A DNA stretch of 64,000 nucleotides, taken from contig OX597817.1 of NCBI GenBank assembly GCA_951406725.2, positions 8,308,001 through 8,372,000 on the forward strand, given 5' to 3'. Made by a program: the position numbers and the translations under genes. A model generated the notes under the pieces. It saw only the letters and a list, made by a program, of their open reading frames with translations. It ran no database searches and was not told where the DNA came from. Of the stretch, positions 39,370-55,215 are shown piece by piece; position 1 is the stretch's first letter, and each line of letters begins with the position of its first letter. This DNA comes from Octopus vulgaris. Taxonomy: Eukaryota.

Positions 39370-39542
39370 CTGTCGTTACGTTCTGAGTTCAAATTCCGCC
39401 GAGGTCGACTTTGCCTTTCATCCTTTCGGGGTCGATAAATTAAGTACCAGTTACGCACTGGGGTTGATGTAATCAACTTAATCCCTTTGTCTGTCCTTGT
39501 TTGTCCCCTCTATGTTTAGCCCCTTGAGGGCAGTAAAGAAAT
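39370..39542 (+). mobile_element. SINE family B (Nin/Deu-like central domain), 5' part diverged
   Basis: gagttcaaattccgccgaggtcgactttgcctttcatcctttcggggtcgataaattaagtaccag; matches 55567-55794. Confidence 0.85.
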
Positions 39543-39814
39543 ATATATAAGTTGGCAACTGTATATTGAAACTTTAGCCAGCTGTGGATCGTCGACGACT
39601 GAATGGAAACGGATTGAAAACTCTGCCACCGATGAGAGAAAAAAAAGCGTAGGATTTGAATCAAGGGAGAATGGATTAAATCTGCTATTTTACGTAGTCT
39701 ACAATCTTCTTCCCTTTCTGGTGTTCATGAATATTTTGTGAATAAAACTTTATTTAATGTATATCTGAATAATGAAGAGAGATAGAAGACAATTAAGAAC
39801 AACCAAACGCAATG

Positions 39815-39901
39815 AACACCACCGCCATCACCATTGCCAACGACAATACCAGTGCCAACATCACCAGCGACATTACCACCGCTGCCGTCAGCACCACCAC
39901 C

Positions 39902-39965
<64 letters not shown>

Positions 39966-40525
39966 GCAACAACAAAAGTAACAACAACACAAACAGTAAA
40001 CATTACTACCACCACCATCACCACCACCGCCACCACCACCACCACCACCACCACTACCACCACCATCACCACCACCGCCATCACCACTGCCAGCACCACA
40101 AGCACCACCACCAGCACCAGCACCACCAGCACCAGCACCACCACCACCAACAACAACAACAACAACAGCGCCAACTACAACATCAACAACAGCAATAATA
40201 TAACAACAACACAAACAAGAAAACATTACCACCACCATCACCGCCGCCACCACAACCACCAAAACCCCCATCCCACCCCACCACCACAAACAATCCATGT
40301 AGCAACACCACCATGAGCACCACCGCCGCCGCTACAAGCACCTCTGCCAACAACAACAGCAACAACATCCACATTATCACCATCACCACTACCACCACCA
40401 CCACCACCACCACCTCAAACAACAACAACAACAGCAACAGCAACAACGCCAGGAACAACAATAATAGCACCAACACAATCACTCCTATCGACAACACTAG
40501 CACTAACAACAACAACAACAACAAT
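39815..40525. repeat. (CAC)/(CAA) low-complexity tract
   Basis: Read directly. Confidence 0.9.
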
Positions 40526-40541
40526 TCCGGTGCCGAGGACG

Positions 40542-40572
<31 letters not shown>

Positions 40573-40710
40573 AATATAAAATGGGTGATAAAGGAAATTG
40601 ATGAATAAACAAGTAAACAAGCGAACAGTTGAAAAAAGAAAACGATCCCCTCACTTCTGTTGGAAAGAGGAGAGAAATGAGGGAGAGAGAGAGAGGGGGA
40701 GAGAGAGAGA

Positions 40711-40747
<37 letters not shown>

Positions 40748-41047
40748 GGGTGGCAGAAAACGTTCCAATGACTGGAGGTGGAAAGAGGAAGGAAGAAAGA
40801 AAGAAAGAAAGGAAGGAAGGAAAGAAGGAAGGAGGGAAGAAAGAAAGACATACGAAAATATCTTTCTTTCCCCCCTCCCTCCCCCCATTGATTTCTTTTT
40901 TTTGTTTTTTTTTGTTTTTTTTTTGTTTTTTTTTTTTACCATTTTCTGTAGTTTTTCGTTTGTTGCGAAATGTAAATCGAAACAATTTATGTAAAGTCGT
41001 TTTAACATGGCGCTGATTGCATTGTGTTCAGGAAGGAAGATGCGACA

Positions 41048-41625
41048 CGGTGGAGGTGGTGGTTGCGATGGTGGGGGTAGTGGTGGCTGTGGTGGTGGTG
41101 GTGGCACCGGTTGCAGTGTTAGTGGTGGCTGAGGTAATGGTTGCGATGGTGGAGGTAGTAGTGGTGGTGGTTGTGGTGGCACTGGTTGAAGTGTTAGTAG
41201 TGGCTGAGGTAATGGTTGCGATGGTGGAGGTAGTGGTGGTTGTGGTGGTACTGGTTGCAGTGTTAGTGGTGGCTGAGGTAATGGTTGTGATGGTGGAGGT
41301 AGTGGTGGTAGTGGTGGTGGTGGTGGTGGTTGTGGAGGTGGTGGTGGTGGTGGTTGTGGTGGCTGAGGTAATTGTTGCGATGGTGGAGGTAGTGGTGGTG
41401 GTGGTGTTAGTGGTGGCTGAGGTAATGGTTGCGATGGTGGAGGTAGTGGTGGGGGTGGTGGTTGTGGTGGTACTGGTTGCAGTGCTAGTGGTGGCTGAGG
41501 TAATGGTTGCGATGGTGGACGTAGTGGTGGTTGTGGTTGTGGTATTAGTAGTGGCTGCGGGGGCGCAGGTTGTGGTGGTTGTGGCAGTAGTGGTTGTGGT
41601 GGTTGCGGTGGCAGTGGTGGTGGGG
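41048..41625. repeat. GTG-rich minisatellite, ~55-70-bp units
   Basis: Recurring gtgttagtggtggctgaggtaatggttgcgatggtggaggtagtg. Confidence 0.85.
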
Positions 41626-42400
41626 ATATAGAATATTTAAAGGATTTTCTAGATCGTCCATGCTTTTTTGCCCTTTATATACAAGATTCGTGATGCAGTC
41701 TTCATTAAAAAAAAACATAATAATAAAGTAATTTCTTCTTCTTCTTCTTCTTCTTCTTCTTCTTCTTCTTCCTCCTCCTCCTCCTCCTCCTCCTTCTGAT
41801 GACGACGACGGCGAAAGCTCTTTTAAAAGCTGACGAAAGATCAACTCAAGATATCTCCATACATGGCTGAGGAAAATTCAGATTTGACGTTCAGTAGAAT
41901 TTGTGGTAAAAAAAGCTCTCCCTGTCGCACAGAGCCCCTTCCCTCCCTCCTCTTCAGTCACACACACACACATACACACAATACACACATAACATCCTCG
42001 AAACTGCCCCCCCTTTTTTTTTTCAAAAATCCCTTGTTTATTTATATATCTTCATTTGCTAGTATTAATTTTCCAATTTTGTATTTGTATTTAAAGTGTT
42101 TACGTGCGCATTTATATATATGCACGTGTGGCGTACATCCCTGTGTCCCCATGTGTATATATGCGTGAGTGAGTAAGTGCGTGTGTATGTGTGTGTGTGA
42201 ATATATGCGTGCGACCCCTTATGTTTGCATGATTTTATCTGGTTTGGTTATGACATTTTTCATTGCGACATTGCTGTCGTCATCGTCATCGTAATTTATT
42301 ACCCTACAGGGATTTCCCGCTTCATGTGTAGAATTTACTCCCCTCTTCTTCATCATCTGTATTATCATTTATTTGTTTATTTAGCATACATGGAATCGTC

Positions 42401-42500
<100 letters not shown>

Positions 42501-42638
42501 CGCGGGCAGGCATAGCTGTGTGGTAAGAAGCTTGCTTCTCAACTACATGTGTCCGGGTTCAAGTCTTCTACTATTTGAGGGACAAACACAGACACAAAAA
42601 CACACATAGATACACACACACGCACGCACACACACACA

Positions 42639-42726
<88 letters not shown>

Positions 42727-42851
42727 AAATAATTGAGACTCAGTTGAATTACGTATTTAGATTGAGGCAGCAAGTCAGTCCGGTATGGTCCGCACAACTC
42801 GAAGTTAGGGGAATAAAAAGCAAACAAGTAACAAGGATGTCCAGGTATCAG

Positions 42852-42938
42852 TGCATTACGGCCGTTTCTAGCGGCTCCATTTAATCGATCAATGAAAACA
42901 TTACATCAATTTGAAATAAACCGCTCTACTCGGACGCA
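42852..42938 (-). ncRNA. Degenerate hammerhead-like motif
   Basis: Minus strand: tgcgt-ccgagta-gagcgg...ccgcta-GAAA-cggccg-TA-atgca; stems and palindromic stem III intact, core has two substitutions. Confidence 0.35.
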
Positions 42939-43229
42939 TACGACCATATTGATTGCCAACATAGTGGATACACCATTATAATGTTTTAGCAAATTTTTCA
43001 TCAGTACTAGATACTAAAATAATTACACTATTTCTCTTTGTTATTTTTGTGGCAGAAGAGGATAGTGGGGATCAAGAAAGAGGAATGGTGATATAGCTAC
43101 ATTCATCTTTATCCTTATCACATTAAAAAAGCTCAATGCTGCATGCAGTCAACAACCCCTTGGAATTAAATCTATTAGGACTTGACAGTTAAGTTCTTGG
43201 TGGTGATAAATTAATTAATGTCAGATACG

Positions 43230-43347
43230 CTCTGGTCGGCCTAAGGATATAGAAGAAGACAATTACCCAAGGTGCCACGCAGTGGAACTGAACCCGGAAC
43301 TGTGTGGTTGTGAAGCAAGTTTCTTATCCACAGTCACACCTGCGCCT
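43230..43347 (-). mobile_element. SINE family A head
   Basis: tggtcggcctaagg...ccaaggtgccacgcagtggaactgaacccggaac...cacacctgcgcc. Confidence 0.75.
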
Positions 43348-43861
43348 GTATTCATAAACAAATCTGTTTTTCATTCAAAGTAGATCTTATAAAATAGGAC
43401 ATTATAAAATAGTATAGGGATGGCCGTGCAATTAAAATATCATTGCAGTCACATTTTCCACATTTTCATCCCAGTGTGTTAACGGACGGTCTATAAGTAA
43501 AATTTTGAGGGTGGAATCTTATATAATATATAAAACAATTCCTTTCTCTCTTTCCATTACCTTCTCCTACTCCTCACCAAATACACAGAAATACCCACAT
43601 AACTCAACAAACCATCTCACTAGTCAAAAGGGATAACCATCTTCCTGCTAAACATTCGTTAATGTTATATCGCCTGAAGAAACGACCCCATGAAGATGAC
43701 CTACCCGATGGCCATGGATGTTATGGACCGCACTGTAATCATATATATGTATATATATATATTACCATATATGGTAATATATATAATATAAATAAAATGT
43801 TGCATGCTTTGTTGCGTAACTTTTAGCTAGCTTTACATACATACATACATACATACATATC

Positions 43862-44054
43862 TATTTCTTTACTACCCACAAGGGGCTAAACACAAAGGGG
43901 ACAAGCAAGGACAGACATAGGTATTAAGTCGATTACATCGACCCTAGTGCGTAACTGGTACTTATTTAATCGACTCCGGCGGAATTTGAACTCAGAACGT
44001 AACAGCAGATGAAATACGGCTACGCATTTCGCCCGGCGTGCTAACGTTTCTGCC
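43862..44054 (-). mobile_element. SINE family B with an internal deletion
   Basis: Reverse complement of 55567-55794, lacking part of the central domain. Confidence 0.85.
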
Positions 44055-44088
44055 ACATACACACGCGTGCACACACACGCACACACAC

Positions 44089-44160
<72 letters not shown>

Positions 44161-44519
44161 TGAACATAGCACACTCAGTAACTCTTGTAGCAATGGCGAA
44201 GGAGTTACTTGACAATGAGCAACTGAGTGAAGAGCATCACTTCCTATGAGATTTTTCCCATGATAACTCATGATAGTCATTGTGCAATTGACGTCCTCGC
44301 AAGGATAGGATTATCTCATAATTCAGTGATCTGCTGTCATCAGCCAACGCGCTTTGTCATTCGTGAGACATGTGCAGATGGAAAAGATTAACTCTATTTT
44401 AACCCCGAAAATTTATAAATACATCTTTCAGAATTTCACAAAAGATAAGATTTATTCCAGATTTTATTTTATTATTGATTATCAGTTAATTCATTTCCTC
44501 AGTCTTTCATATTTTTAGT

Positions 44520-44563
<44 letters not shown>

Positions 44564-44569
<6 letters not shown>

Positions 44570-45066
44570 TAAATTTTAGGGTAGCAAAAAATTCTAGAAA
44601 AATTCTCCGCTACCAGCGGTCAAGTGAGAAAGAAAAGTTAGTCAATAGACTATATAATATACATTCAAACATATGAGGGACGGCCATAATAGGACATCCG
44701 ACTCACTAGAAAGAGCAGCCAAACTCCAAACCACTAATAGTTGTAATTCTGAAATGGAAAGAGAAATAAAAACGTTTACCCTTTCCTTTCTGGACTATGC
44801 ATAGTTTCGGCAATCTTTTGTAAATAAATTCATTTAATTTATTTATTTACCACTGGCATTGCCTCGTCAGCAGAAAAGCCAAGGACTAACATATATCCAC
44901 GAGGCGATGATAAACATGCTTCAAGTCTATATGCTATAAATTTTCAAAATCCACCACGCTCGCGCGGTTATACTCAGCAGTAAATATAAGCTGCCGATTT
45001 AATTTCAAAATTAGCCCAAAAATCATTAATTAATAAATTTATGGCCGTCCCTTATATGTTTGAATA
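44564..45066 (-). mobile_element. Penelope-like remnant in (TA)n carrying an intact hammerhead
   Basis: Flanked by (TA)n; ttcaaacatatgagggacggccataa (~44663-44689) is inverted at ~45039-45064; HHR inside. Confidence 0.6.
44785..44878 (-). ncRNA. Intact canonical type I hammerhead ribozyme
   Basis: Minus strand: cttttctg-CTGACGA-ggcaat[gccagtg gtaaataaat...atttatttac aaaag]attgcc-GAAA-ctatgcatag-TC-cagaaagg; all core nucleotides present, 8-bp stem I, GUC cleavage between 44793 and 44792. Confidence 0.88.
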
Positions 45067-45206
45067 TATATATATATATATATATAAAAACATATTAGAG
45101 GGAAACTACTATGTGGACACCCTTATGTTAGAAATAGATCCGCTATGGTCTCACCACTAAGAAATGTTCTCAAGAAAATGTTTTGGAAAACAACCAAAAC
45201 CAAATT

Positions 45207-45288
<82 letters not shown>

Positions 45289-45407
45289 AAATAAGTCTTT
45301 CCTTGTTTGTTTTGCAAAATAGTGGTTTTGTCTCTAATAATATTTTATAATATTTTACTATAAAATTGGATTTAATCCTAAATCTGATTTTTTTTTTCCT
45401 GTAAATT

Positions 45408-45475
<68 letters not shown>

Positions 45476-45566
45476 TTACATATATTTATAAATATTACAT
45501 ATATATATATATATACATATAATATTTATACATATATATATATGTAATATTTATAAATATATGTAA

Positions 45567-45664
<98 letters not shown>

Positions 45665-45679
45665 GAGAGAGATAGATAG

Positions 45680-45885
45680 ATGCGTTTGCCTCTTTGTGTT
45701 TGGTTTCTCACTGCGCGAATAGCGTTGTTGGTTTGTTTACGTCGCCGTAGCATAGCGGTCCGGCAAAAATAAGCACCTGTCTTAAAGTAAGTGCTGGAGG
45801 TGATTTGTTCGACTAAGCCCTTCAGAGTGGTGACCGTGCATGGCCGCAGTCCAATGGCGGAAACAAGCAAAAGAATAAAGAGTAT
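45680..45885 (+). mobile_element. Old SINE family A-related 3' half
   Basis: gtttacgtcgccgtagcatagcggtccggcaaaa...gatttgttcgactaag...gcatggccgcagtccaatggcggaaacaagcaaaaga. Confidence 0.65.
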
Positions 45886-47395
45886 CTTTGCATTTATAGA
45901 ATTGCAAGCGTTTACATTGTGGAACATACTAAGCCTGTTATTGTTGTAGTTTTGCTTTAGTCATTTAGCTCAATGGCCGATTTGACGTACCATCAAATGT
46001 ATTACAGCCATGACCATTCCGATTCCGTTTCTTCAGATATTGTGTATATCAGACTGTATTATACAGTACGCTCGTCCTCTCCTTTTAAAGAAGACCCTGG
46101 GGTGTGATCTGAGAGGTATCTAGCTGCTGTCTCGAGTATCTCGAGTGTTCACTTAGATGCTTCCATTTTCGCTTCACCACGAGGTTGTTCTTTGCCTTTT
46201 AGTGATATCCGCCTTTTCGCGCTGAAGCTAACTTCTCAAACCTAGTTTTGAGGTATTACTTAGTCACTTGATCAAAAATCCCAAGCGCATAAATGGTCTT
46301 TTAAAGAAATTATAAATTTTACATTGGTTCTGAAAGAAATTACTATTTTGCTGCTACTAGAAGAATTGTTTTTGCTCTGAGCGTAAGTATGGCTCTATTA
46401 TTAAGAGTATTTTTCGACCTTAGCGTCGGGTTGACAAAAACTTTGGGAGTAAAATTAGACAGTTAGAATCTTAAACTAGCGATCAGTCAGATCGAAACAT
46501 ACACTCGCATGGTTATACATACTGTACACATACCCAGACACTAACAGTACCTTTCTTCCACTTTCTGTTGATGCGATTTGTTGCCATTTATCCGCGATTT
46601 TAAATATACATAATTTGAAAGATTTCCGTAAATGTCTTCAGCTTACTTTTGTAACGAAATTTTTTGGTAAAGTAACAAAAAAGTCTTTTTATAAATTGTT
46701 TCATATTTTTAATATTTAGCCCGTTTTTTTAGTTGGTTCTTCGACGCATATTTGTCTTTTAATACATAACTTTATATCTAATTCTTGCTTCGTTACATTA
46801 ATGTATAAGTTTTTTTTTTTTTTTTTTTTTACATTGTAAGCCATGCTGTTTCTTTAAGTTAATTACAGGAAGCGGGTCGACTAATACTGGGCGCTTTTGG
46901 AAAGTGCGCAATCCATTTTGATGGGTGATACAATATCCTGCTCATTGTAATTATTGGCTTTATTGAAATACAAGGTTAAATTGAATTGACAAAAACAGAA
47001 CAGACAATATATACTCATATCAAGAGTTTCAAAGAGCCGACACTAAAAGAGAATTAATCTTATTAAGTAAGTTATTAAAATGACCTCAACGGCGGCCTTT
47101 CAAAACATAAGGCTGATTATGAACATATGTTATTCTAAGTGTACCAAATTTTAATATCTGTGAAAGTACTTTTGATATTGACCGATTTACGATACTCTTC
47201 ATCAAAGCATTAATTATACTTTGATGTCACTTACTTGAAGGTTCTGATGTATACACACACACATCCACACACACACACGTACCTATACACACATATATAT
47301 ACATATATACACATATGCACACATGCATACATACATATACATGTATATATATATTTATATATGTATATATGTATATATATATATATATATATATG

Positions 47396-47427
<32 letters not shown>

Positions 47428-47455
47428 CTTTATTTTAAGCAGCAGAAAATTCAAC

Positions 47456-47502
47456 AAAATCTGTTACTCTGAGTTTCTCGTTGCCGTTCATCAGACAGTT
47501 TT
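47456..47502 (-). ncRNA. Minimal type I hammerhead ribozyme, stem II closing pair mutated
   Basis: Minus strand: aaaactgt-CTGATGA-acg gcaa cga-GAAA-ctcagag-TA-acagatttt; next to (TA)n; related decayed copy at 52345-52382. Confidence 0.65.
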
Positions 47503-47955
47503 TGCTAGAATGGAACATATATATTAATTCAATCTATACTCTTACAAACGCTACACCTTTAAAAAGAAATGGACTTGTTTGATTGGCCCTTTAGAAAAAA
47601 CGGTCAATCTTCGAGCGATAAACAAAAAGGTCAAAAATATATGTATATATATATATAAAAACTTATAAAAATTATAAAATCCGAGGAAAATACCGAGGAA
47701 AAAACCTGTTGCCGTTAATGAAGACAGTACAAATTAATGCATAGAAATTAAACCTGTTATAAATACTGCAATACATATTTATATTAAAATCCACATATAT
47801 ATATCAACATACACAAAAGGATGCGCGTAAACGCCATACATACACATACAGACGTATGAATATATATATATATATATACACATATATATATATACACTAC
47901 ATATATTCATATATATTCACATACAGACATATACGTACATACACGCACACGCACA

Positions 47956-48420
47956 TACGAGGTCTGATCAATAAGTATCCGGACTGTTGCCATAGGAACG
48001 AAACTAAAGCATGCAGAGTGAAGCCGCTTGACACAGATTGACCTTGAACTCTGCTGTCCATGCGCACTAAGTCTTAATGCTCTAGCTCTCTTTCACTATT
48101 TGCAACAGTGCTCGGAAGGAAGGTGTGTAGCAGGTGATCGTTTCATTGACCACGACAGAGAAAGTTGTCATGGTGATACCTGCTCAGGGTCTTACACAAA
48201 GTCGCAGAAAGCATATGGAAAGGAGTGTTTGAGCCACACATAAATGTACAAGGGGTTCAGACGTTTCCAAGATGGCCGAAAAAATGTCGATATTGACGAA
48301 CATTCTGGGAGACCCACAACTAGCGAGAACTGAGAAAAACACCGCAGATGTGAGTGCAGCTGTGAGTGGAAATCGTCGAATCCCCATCGGTGAGTTATCA
48401 GAGGACGTGAAGATTAGTAA
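47956..48420 (+). mobile_element. Mariner-like transposon 5' fragment
   Basis: TAcgaggtctgatcaataagtatccggac TIR; decayed N-terminal HTH KAYGKECLSHT*MYKGFRRFQDGRKNVDIDEHSGRPT...NRRIPIGELSEDVKIS. Confidence 0.8.
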
Positions 48421-50212
48421 CAGGGATCTTTTCGGGTTGAACGGCAGTTTTTAACATAATTTCTAGGTAACTAAAAAATTTTAAACTTCGTATACTGATA
48501 GAATGTGTTTATAAAACATCATTTTCTCTTGGCTTTCTTGAGAATATTTCGGTAGTTTGTAACATATTTCGCCTTTAATTTCTTGCATTTCGGCAATTTT
48601 AACCAATCAATGACCGTCTTTTGAGATGAAAGCATTCTGTGCCGTATGAATATGTCCCTCCTTTAAGAAACAGATTTGGTTTATTTACATTTGTGAAGAA
48701 AAAAAGATAGCCTTAGCTCATCTCACTCTTTCCCACAGAACCCTAGGAACTTTTTGCGGAATCCTAGGTTTCCGTGGAATTCCGGTTGAGAAATGCTGCT
48801 CTAGAGATTCAGAAAATAATGTAGCAGTCAACTACTGGGAATCGATTTAAATCCGGATTTAAATCTGAAAAAAACTTGGTCATGAAGCAAACATTTTAAC
48901 TAGGCAGCCATGATACATTTTTGAGATTTTATAAAGTAGAACATGTTGGTTTTTATACTCCAGGAAACCTTAACTAAGTTTAAGGTACCTTTTAATTCCA
49001 CTTCAACTTTGATTCAACAAAGAAATTCAAGTCACGATCATTCCATCTATTAGGAATATCAAAGGAGTGCTAGTTTAAAAATGGTTGCTACAGCGCTGGG
49101 GCCTTAATTTACCCTGAGGTCATGAACCCTTGAGATTATCGGGCAGTTTCATCCTACTTGAATTGAGGTGGACAGCGAGACTTTTTCCGTTACAGCAAGC
49201 ATCAAGGCCTATGAACATTTAAACGTGGCCCTGCATCTAAGACAACATACTCCGACGTGTTCCTTACACGCCGTCGTGAAGTGATGGAAATTGACGCGAT
49301 TTTTTATGTTGCGTTTTTTGACGCTCGAATACAATAATCACAACTTGTTGTTTTATGAGAAATTAATAGCATATTCTCAAACAGAAATGCTCTCAACACA
49401 AGTCATGGCAGGAAACACTCAAGATACTATACTATGATGTTAAACACAGAATATGATTACAAAAACGAGTTTCTTAACCACACAGACATGCATGGCTTCA
49501 AATCAAAACTCTTGATGTCTAGCTATTAGATGGTGGAAAGCGGAGGCAAAGGATTCTTAAATCGTGAATCGTGTTCGTTATAATGTATGAAATTAAAGAG
49601 CGTTTCCATAGTTGTAGGAAAGCTAGTTTTTATTTTTAAATACCCCTTGTTTATTATTATTCACCCAGTGTTTGTGATCTACATTATTAGATACAGAAAT
49701 AATATGGTTGCAATGTATATTTATTGTGAATAAAGTGTGTAGAGAATTTGACATGAAACAGTTCAAGTCAAGAGTTTGTATTATATAGATCTAACGTAGA
49801 TGAGAAGCATAATAATAACCACAGTGAATTTTTGACTTTCATGTTGGTTTATGTGTGTGTGTATGTGTTTGTGTTTCAGTGTTTGTTTTATGCGTTTATG
49901 AATGTATTTGTAGCGTTTATTGGAATGGATTATGGGAACCAGTCTCTTTCTTTGAACATGTGATGTGAGTACCCTAAAAGGAAATTAGAAACAAAAAAAC
50001 ACAAAACTCGGTGTCTGTGCGGAAGGAACAGCGTGTGTACACATAACATATGTCGCTTTTTATTGCGTGTGCGTATGAGTACATATGTATGTGTGTGTGT
50101 GTGTGTCTATATATATGAATACATATATATGTATGTATACACATTCATACACACATATGTATATACATACATATATATGTATGTATACACATTCATACAT
50201 ACATATGTATAT

Positions 50213-50272
<60 letters not shown>

Positions 50273-51138
50273 AGAGAGAGAGAGAGAGATTTATTGGTAT
50301 ACGCACTCTCATACACACATATATATATACATACATATATACATCCATACACACACACCCATATATATACGCATACATTCATAGAAGCACATAAACATAA
50401 TGAAAGTCACGCGTTTGTGCATGTAGTTGTGTGTATGTGTGTTTGTGTGTATTTATGTGTATTCATGTTTGTATATGTATGTATGTGTGTGTGTGAGTGT
50501 GTGTGCTTGTGCTTGTGTGTGTGTGTGTATGTGTATGCTTTAATTTGTTTGATAAGAATCGCTGCTGTGTGTCTATTACATTTCCATCAACAACCACCAG
50601 CAGTAGCCACGATAGCGACAACAACATCAACAACAAAAACACCATCACCACCACCATCACCACCACCATCACCACCACCAACAACAACAACACCAGCAAG
50701 GCTGCAATCATTTATACCCTTTTAACTTCCATTATTGGGATTACACACTTCAAAAAGTGTCCCATTTACAAACCTCGGCGTATCTCCACCGAGAAGTCTT
50801 TAAATACATAACAGCTACGGAATCACTCAACACGTTTTTAGTTGTGTTTTTGTTTTCAAGAAAAAGTAAAAAAATAAAAAATCATCATGCAGGAGCTGGG
50901 CATTTAATTAGCTGAAACAGTTGGGGTGATGGAGACAAAATGCCTTGCGGCCTTTAGTTACGATCATTTATGCTCCGAGTTCAAATCTTGTCTGGTTTGC
51001 CTTTCAATGACTTGGTGTCCATAGTTAAATAGAAGTAATTAATTTAGCACAGGAGAACGATATAAACTAGTGGTTCACAAACTGACAAATAACAATGCCT
51101 TATACCACCAAAATGTTAGTGAAATATGTAGGCACCAT

Positions 51139-51187
<49 letters not shown>

Positions 51188-51386
51188 TGCACACACACAC
51201 ACATACACATATAGCCTCAAACAATATGGACATCGATTACCAATATGCTCAAGTGGAACGCTTCAATAATGTGGAAACCATAGATAGCATTGTTAATCCC
51301 CCTAAATCAAAGAACATATTTATCAAATGCAGTGTTGATCACCCATGTTTACTGTTTGCCACAATCATGCATACATGCATACATAC

Positions 51387-51430
<44 letters not shown>

Positions 51431-51489
51431 ACAATTTGATAAATAAAACATAGGCATACATACATACATGTACAAGCCTACATCTATAT

Positions 51490-52263
<774 letters not shown>

Positions 52264-52566
52264 TTATCTAAGAACGTATATATACGTTTTTTCATTAAAG
52301 CTGCAAAAACATCGGGCAGTCGTGATCAAGAGTTTTGATCACAACTGTCCAGCGAACGGAAAAGTGAAACTCTGAGTAACAGTGTTTTGCAGTTTTAATT
52401 AAAGAAAAAGTACATTACCTTTCGCATTCAAGTACTATTTTTTTCACCTTGTTTTGCATTTATGTGCTTACTCGTATAAGAGGAATCGATGCTAGATGTG
52501 TCGAAACAATTGTCGTGATTAATAATAAATTCTCGCGTATTCCATCTTCTGTCTTTCATTTGCTAT

Positions 52567-52672
<106 letters not shown>

Positions 52673-52850
52673 TATAAATATCCAGAAGACCCAAGGTGGC
52701 AGGTAACGCTATGTAAGTGCTATGGAACGGCCGTAGTTAAACTCTCGGTTCGATAATGATACGAGTGAAGAGTCTAATGCAGGTCTTATACGAGCATGTA
52801 TATGTTAAATAAAATCAGACAACAAAGCCAAATAACCCCTTTTGTATGTA

Positions 52851-52899
<49 letters not shown>

Positions 52900-53305
52900 G
52901 CAATCAAATGGCCGGTTGTGGTATTAAACCGGGTGATGAGTTAAGCCTGTTTCCAAACTAGTCGCATGATCAGAAGGCTCGAGGTACGTAGCATTTGATA
53001 AATCTATTTCAATGGAGAGTTGCACTGATGATGGATGTGAAATATTTATGAAATATATATTCAATATATTTATAATCTAGAAACATGTACGCAAATAACC
53101 GCCAGACTTTGTTTTCGTTATTTCTTCCTTCTGTTTTGCCTATGTGAATTACAGGGTTTGTCGTATGTGGAGTCCCACTTGTAGAAAATAGAAATAAACA
53201 GTCTTGACTGCTATTTCTAATTTTTCGGTATGCGGCCAAGCAACCTGTTGCCTGCCCCTTTTATTTATATATATATACATATATATAGGTATACATATAT
53301 GCATG

Positions 53306-53389
<84 letters not shown>

Positions 53390-53390
53390 G

Positions 53391-53446
<56 letters not shown>

Positions 53447-53646
53447 CACGCACACACATACGCACACACACAAAAACAATGGTACACTTTATAGAGATGT
53501 ATCTTTGAATCAGATCTGACTTCCTTAATAGCCGGGTCGGATTGAGATTTAAGATATTGATGATTGATAAAAGGTATAACAACATCTCCCGTATGCGCCA
53601 TCTACTTGTTTCTATGCTTCCTTGGAGTGTTGAACACATAGGGATA

Positions 53647-53690
<44 letters not shown>

Positions 53691-54217
53691 CACATAGATA
53701 CGCGCGTGCGCAGGCACACATACGCAGTTAGTGTTTAATTTAATCTTTCATCAATATCTCAGATGAGAGTGGGACCTCTACTGGAATGCTGGAAGTATTT
53801 GTTATTATAGCGATAAGTGCTATTTATCGAAGCTCACTCATTTGATTGCCACACAAAAAACAGTCGTGGAACATAAAACTCTTCACAATACACATGCACA
53901 CATACACACGCATAGACACGCACGCACCCACATATACATGTTTAAGTTTCCGAACAACAAAAACAACCCGAAAAAAATTATTCAGTATAAAAGCTAAAGC
54001 AATATGTCCATCTTTTGATCGAGGTAATTTGTAACCAAATTCTGGGGGTTAGTGTTTAGTAAGTAACGTCATTCTTTTAGAGATGTGTTTTGATAACCTA
54101 AGGTTTATAAACAGAGTTGCAAGTTTGCGTATTAACCCCCACCCAATTGTCGACAAGAACGCCAGAATTTCACTGAAAAAAACAAAAACAAAAACGAAAA
54201 CAAAAATCTATGTGGCT

Positions 54218-54380
54218 GTGGAGTAGCAGTGTGGTAAGTAGCTTGCTTACCAATCACATGGTTCCGGGTTCAGTCCCACTGCGTAGCATCTTGAGAAAGT
54301 GTCTTCTACTATAGCCCCGGGCCGACCAAAGCTTTGTGAGTGGATTTGGTAGACGAAAACTGAAAGAAGTTCGTCGTATA

Positions 54381-54416
<36 letters not shown>

Positions 54417-54512
54417 TGTATGTATGTATGTATGTATGTATGTATGTATGTATGCATGTATGTATGCATGTATGTATGTATGTATATATGTATATATATA
54501 TGTGTGTGTATG

Positions 54513-54577
<65 letters not shown>

Positions 54578-54811
54578 ATGTATGCGTGTGTGTGTTTATG
54601 TGTTCGTGTTTATCCCCCCAACATCGCTTGACGACCGATGGTAGTGTGTTTACGTGCCCGTAACTTAGCGGTTCGGAAAAAGAGACCGATAGAATAAGTA
54701 CTAGGCTTACAAGGAATAAGTCCTGGGGTCGATTTGCTCGACTAAAGGTGGTGCTCCAGCATGGCCACAGTCAAATGATTGAAACAAGTAAAAGAATAAA
54801 AGAGTAAAGAG
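54218..54811 (+). mobile_element. SINE family A, full length with expanded (TATG)/(TA)/(TG) linker
   Basis: Head and tail match the other copies. Confidence 0.9.
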
Positions 54812-54969
54812 AGTCTAACTCTTACCATTGATTACCACATTAATTACATTCTACATGATCGTCATGTCCTTGCTAAAAATAGCAGCCAAATCTCCAAACA
54901 CTGATAGCCTGATGTGTCAAAAAATATAGGAAAAATATATAATAATATAGTCCTAGATATACTGACTAC

Positions 54970-55002
<33 letters not shown>

Positions 55003-55215
55003 TGTATGTATGTATGTATGTATGTATGTATGTATGTATGTATGTATGTATGTATGTGTGTGTGTTTGTATGTATGTATGTATGTATGTATGTATGTATG
55101 TATGTATGTATGTATGTATGTATGTATGTATGTATGTATGTATGTATGTATGTATGTATGTATGTATGTATGTATGTATGTATGTATGTATGTATGTATG
55201 TATGTATGTATGTAT
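54970..55215. repeat. (TATG)n microsatellite
   Basis: Read directly. Confidence 0.95.

Noticed and set aside
39725-41631. Mucin-like and Val-rich ORFs
   Set aside because: Explained by CAC/CAA tracts and a GTG minisatellite.
53024-53050. CTGATGA...GAAA hammerhead candidate
   Set aside because: The intervening tggatgt cannot form stem II, and there is no stem I.
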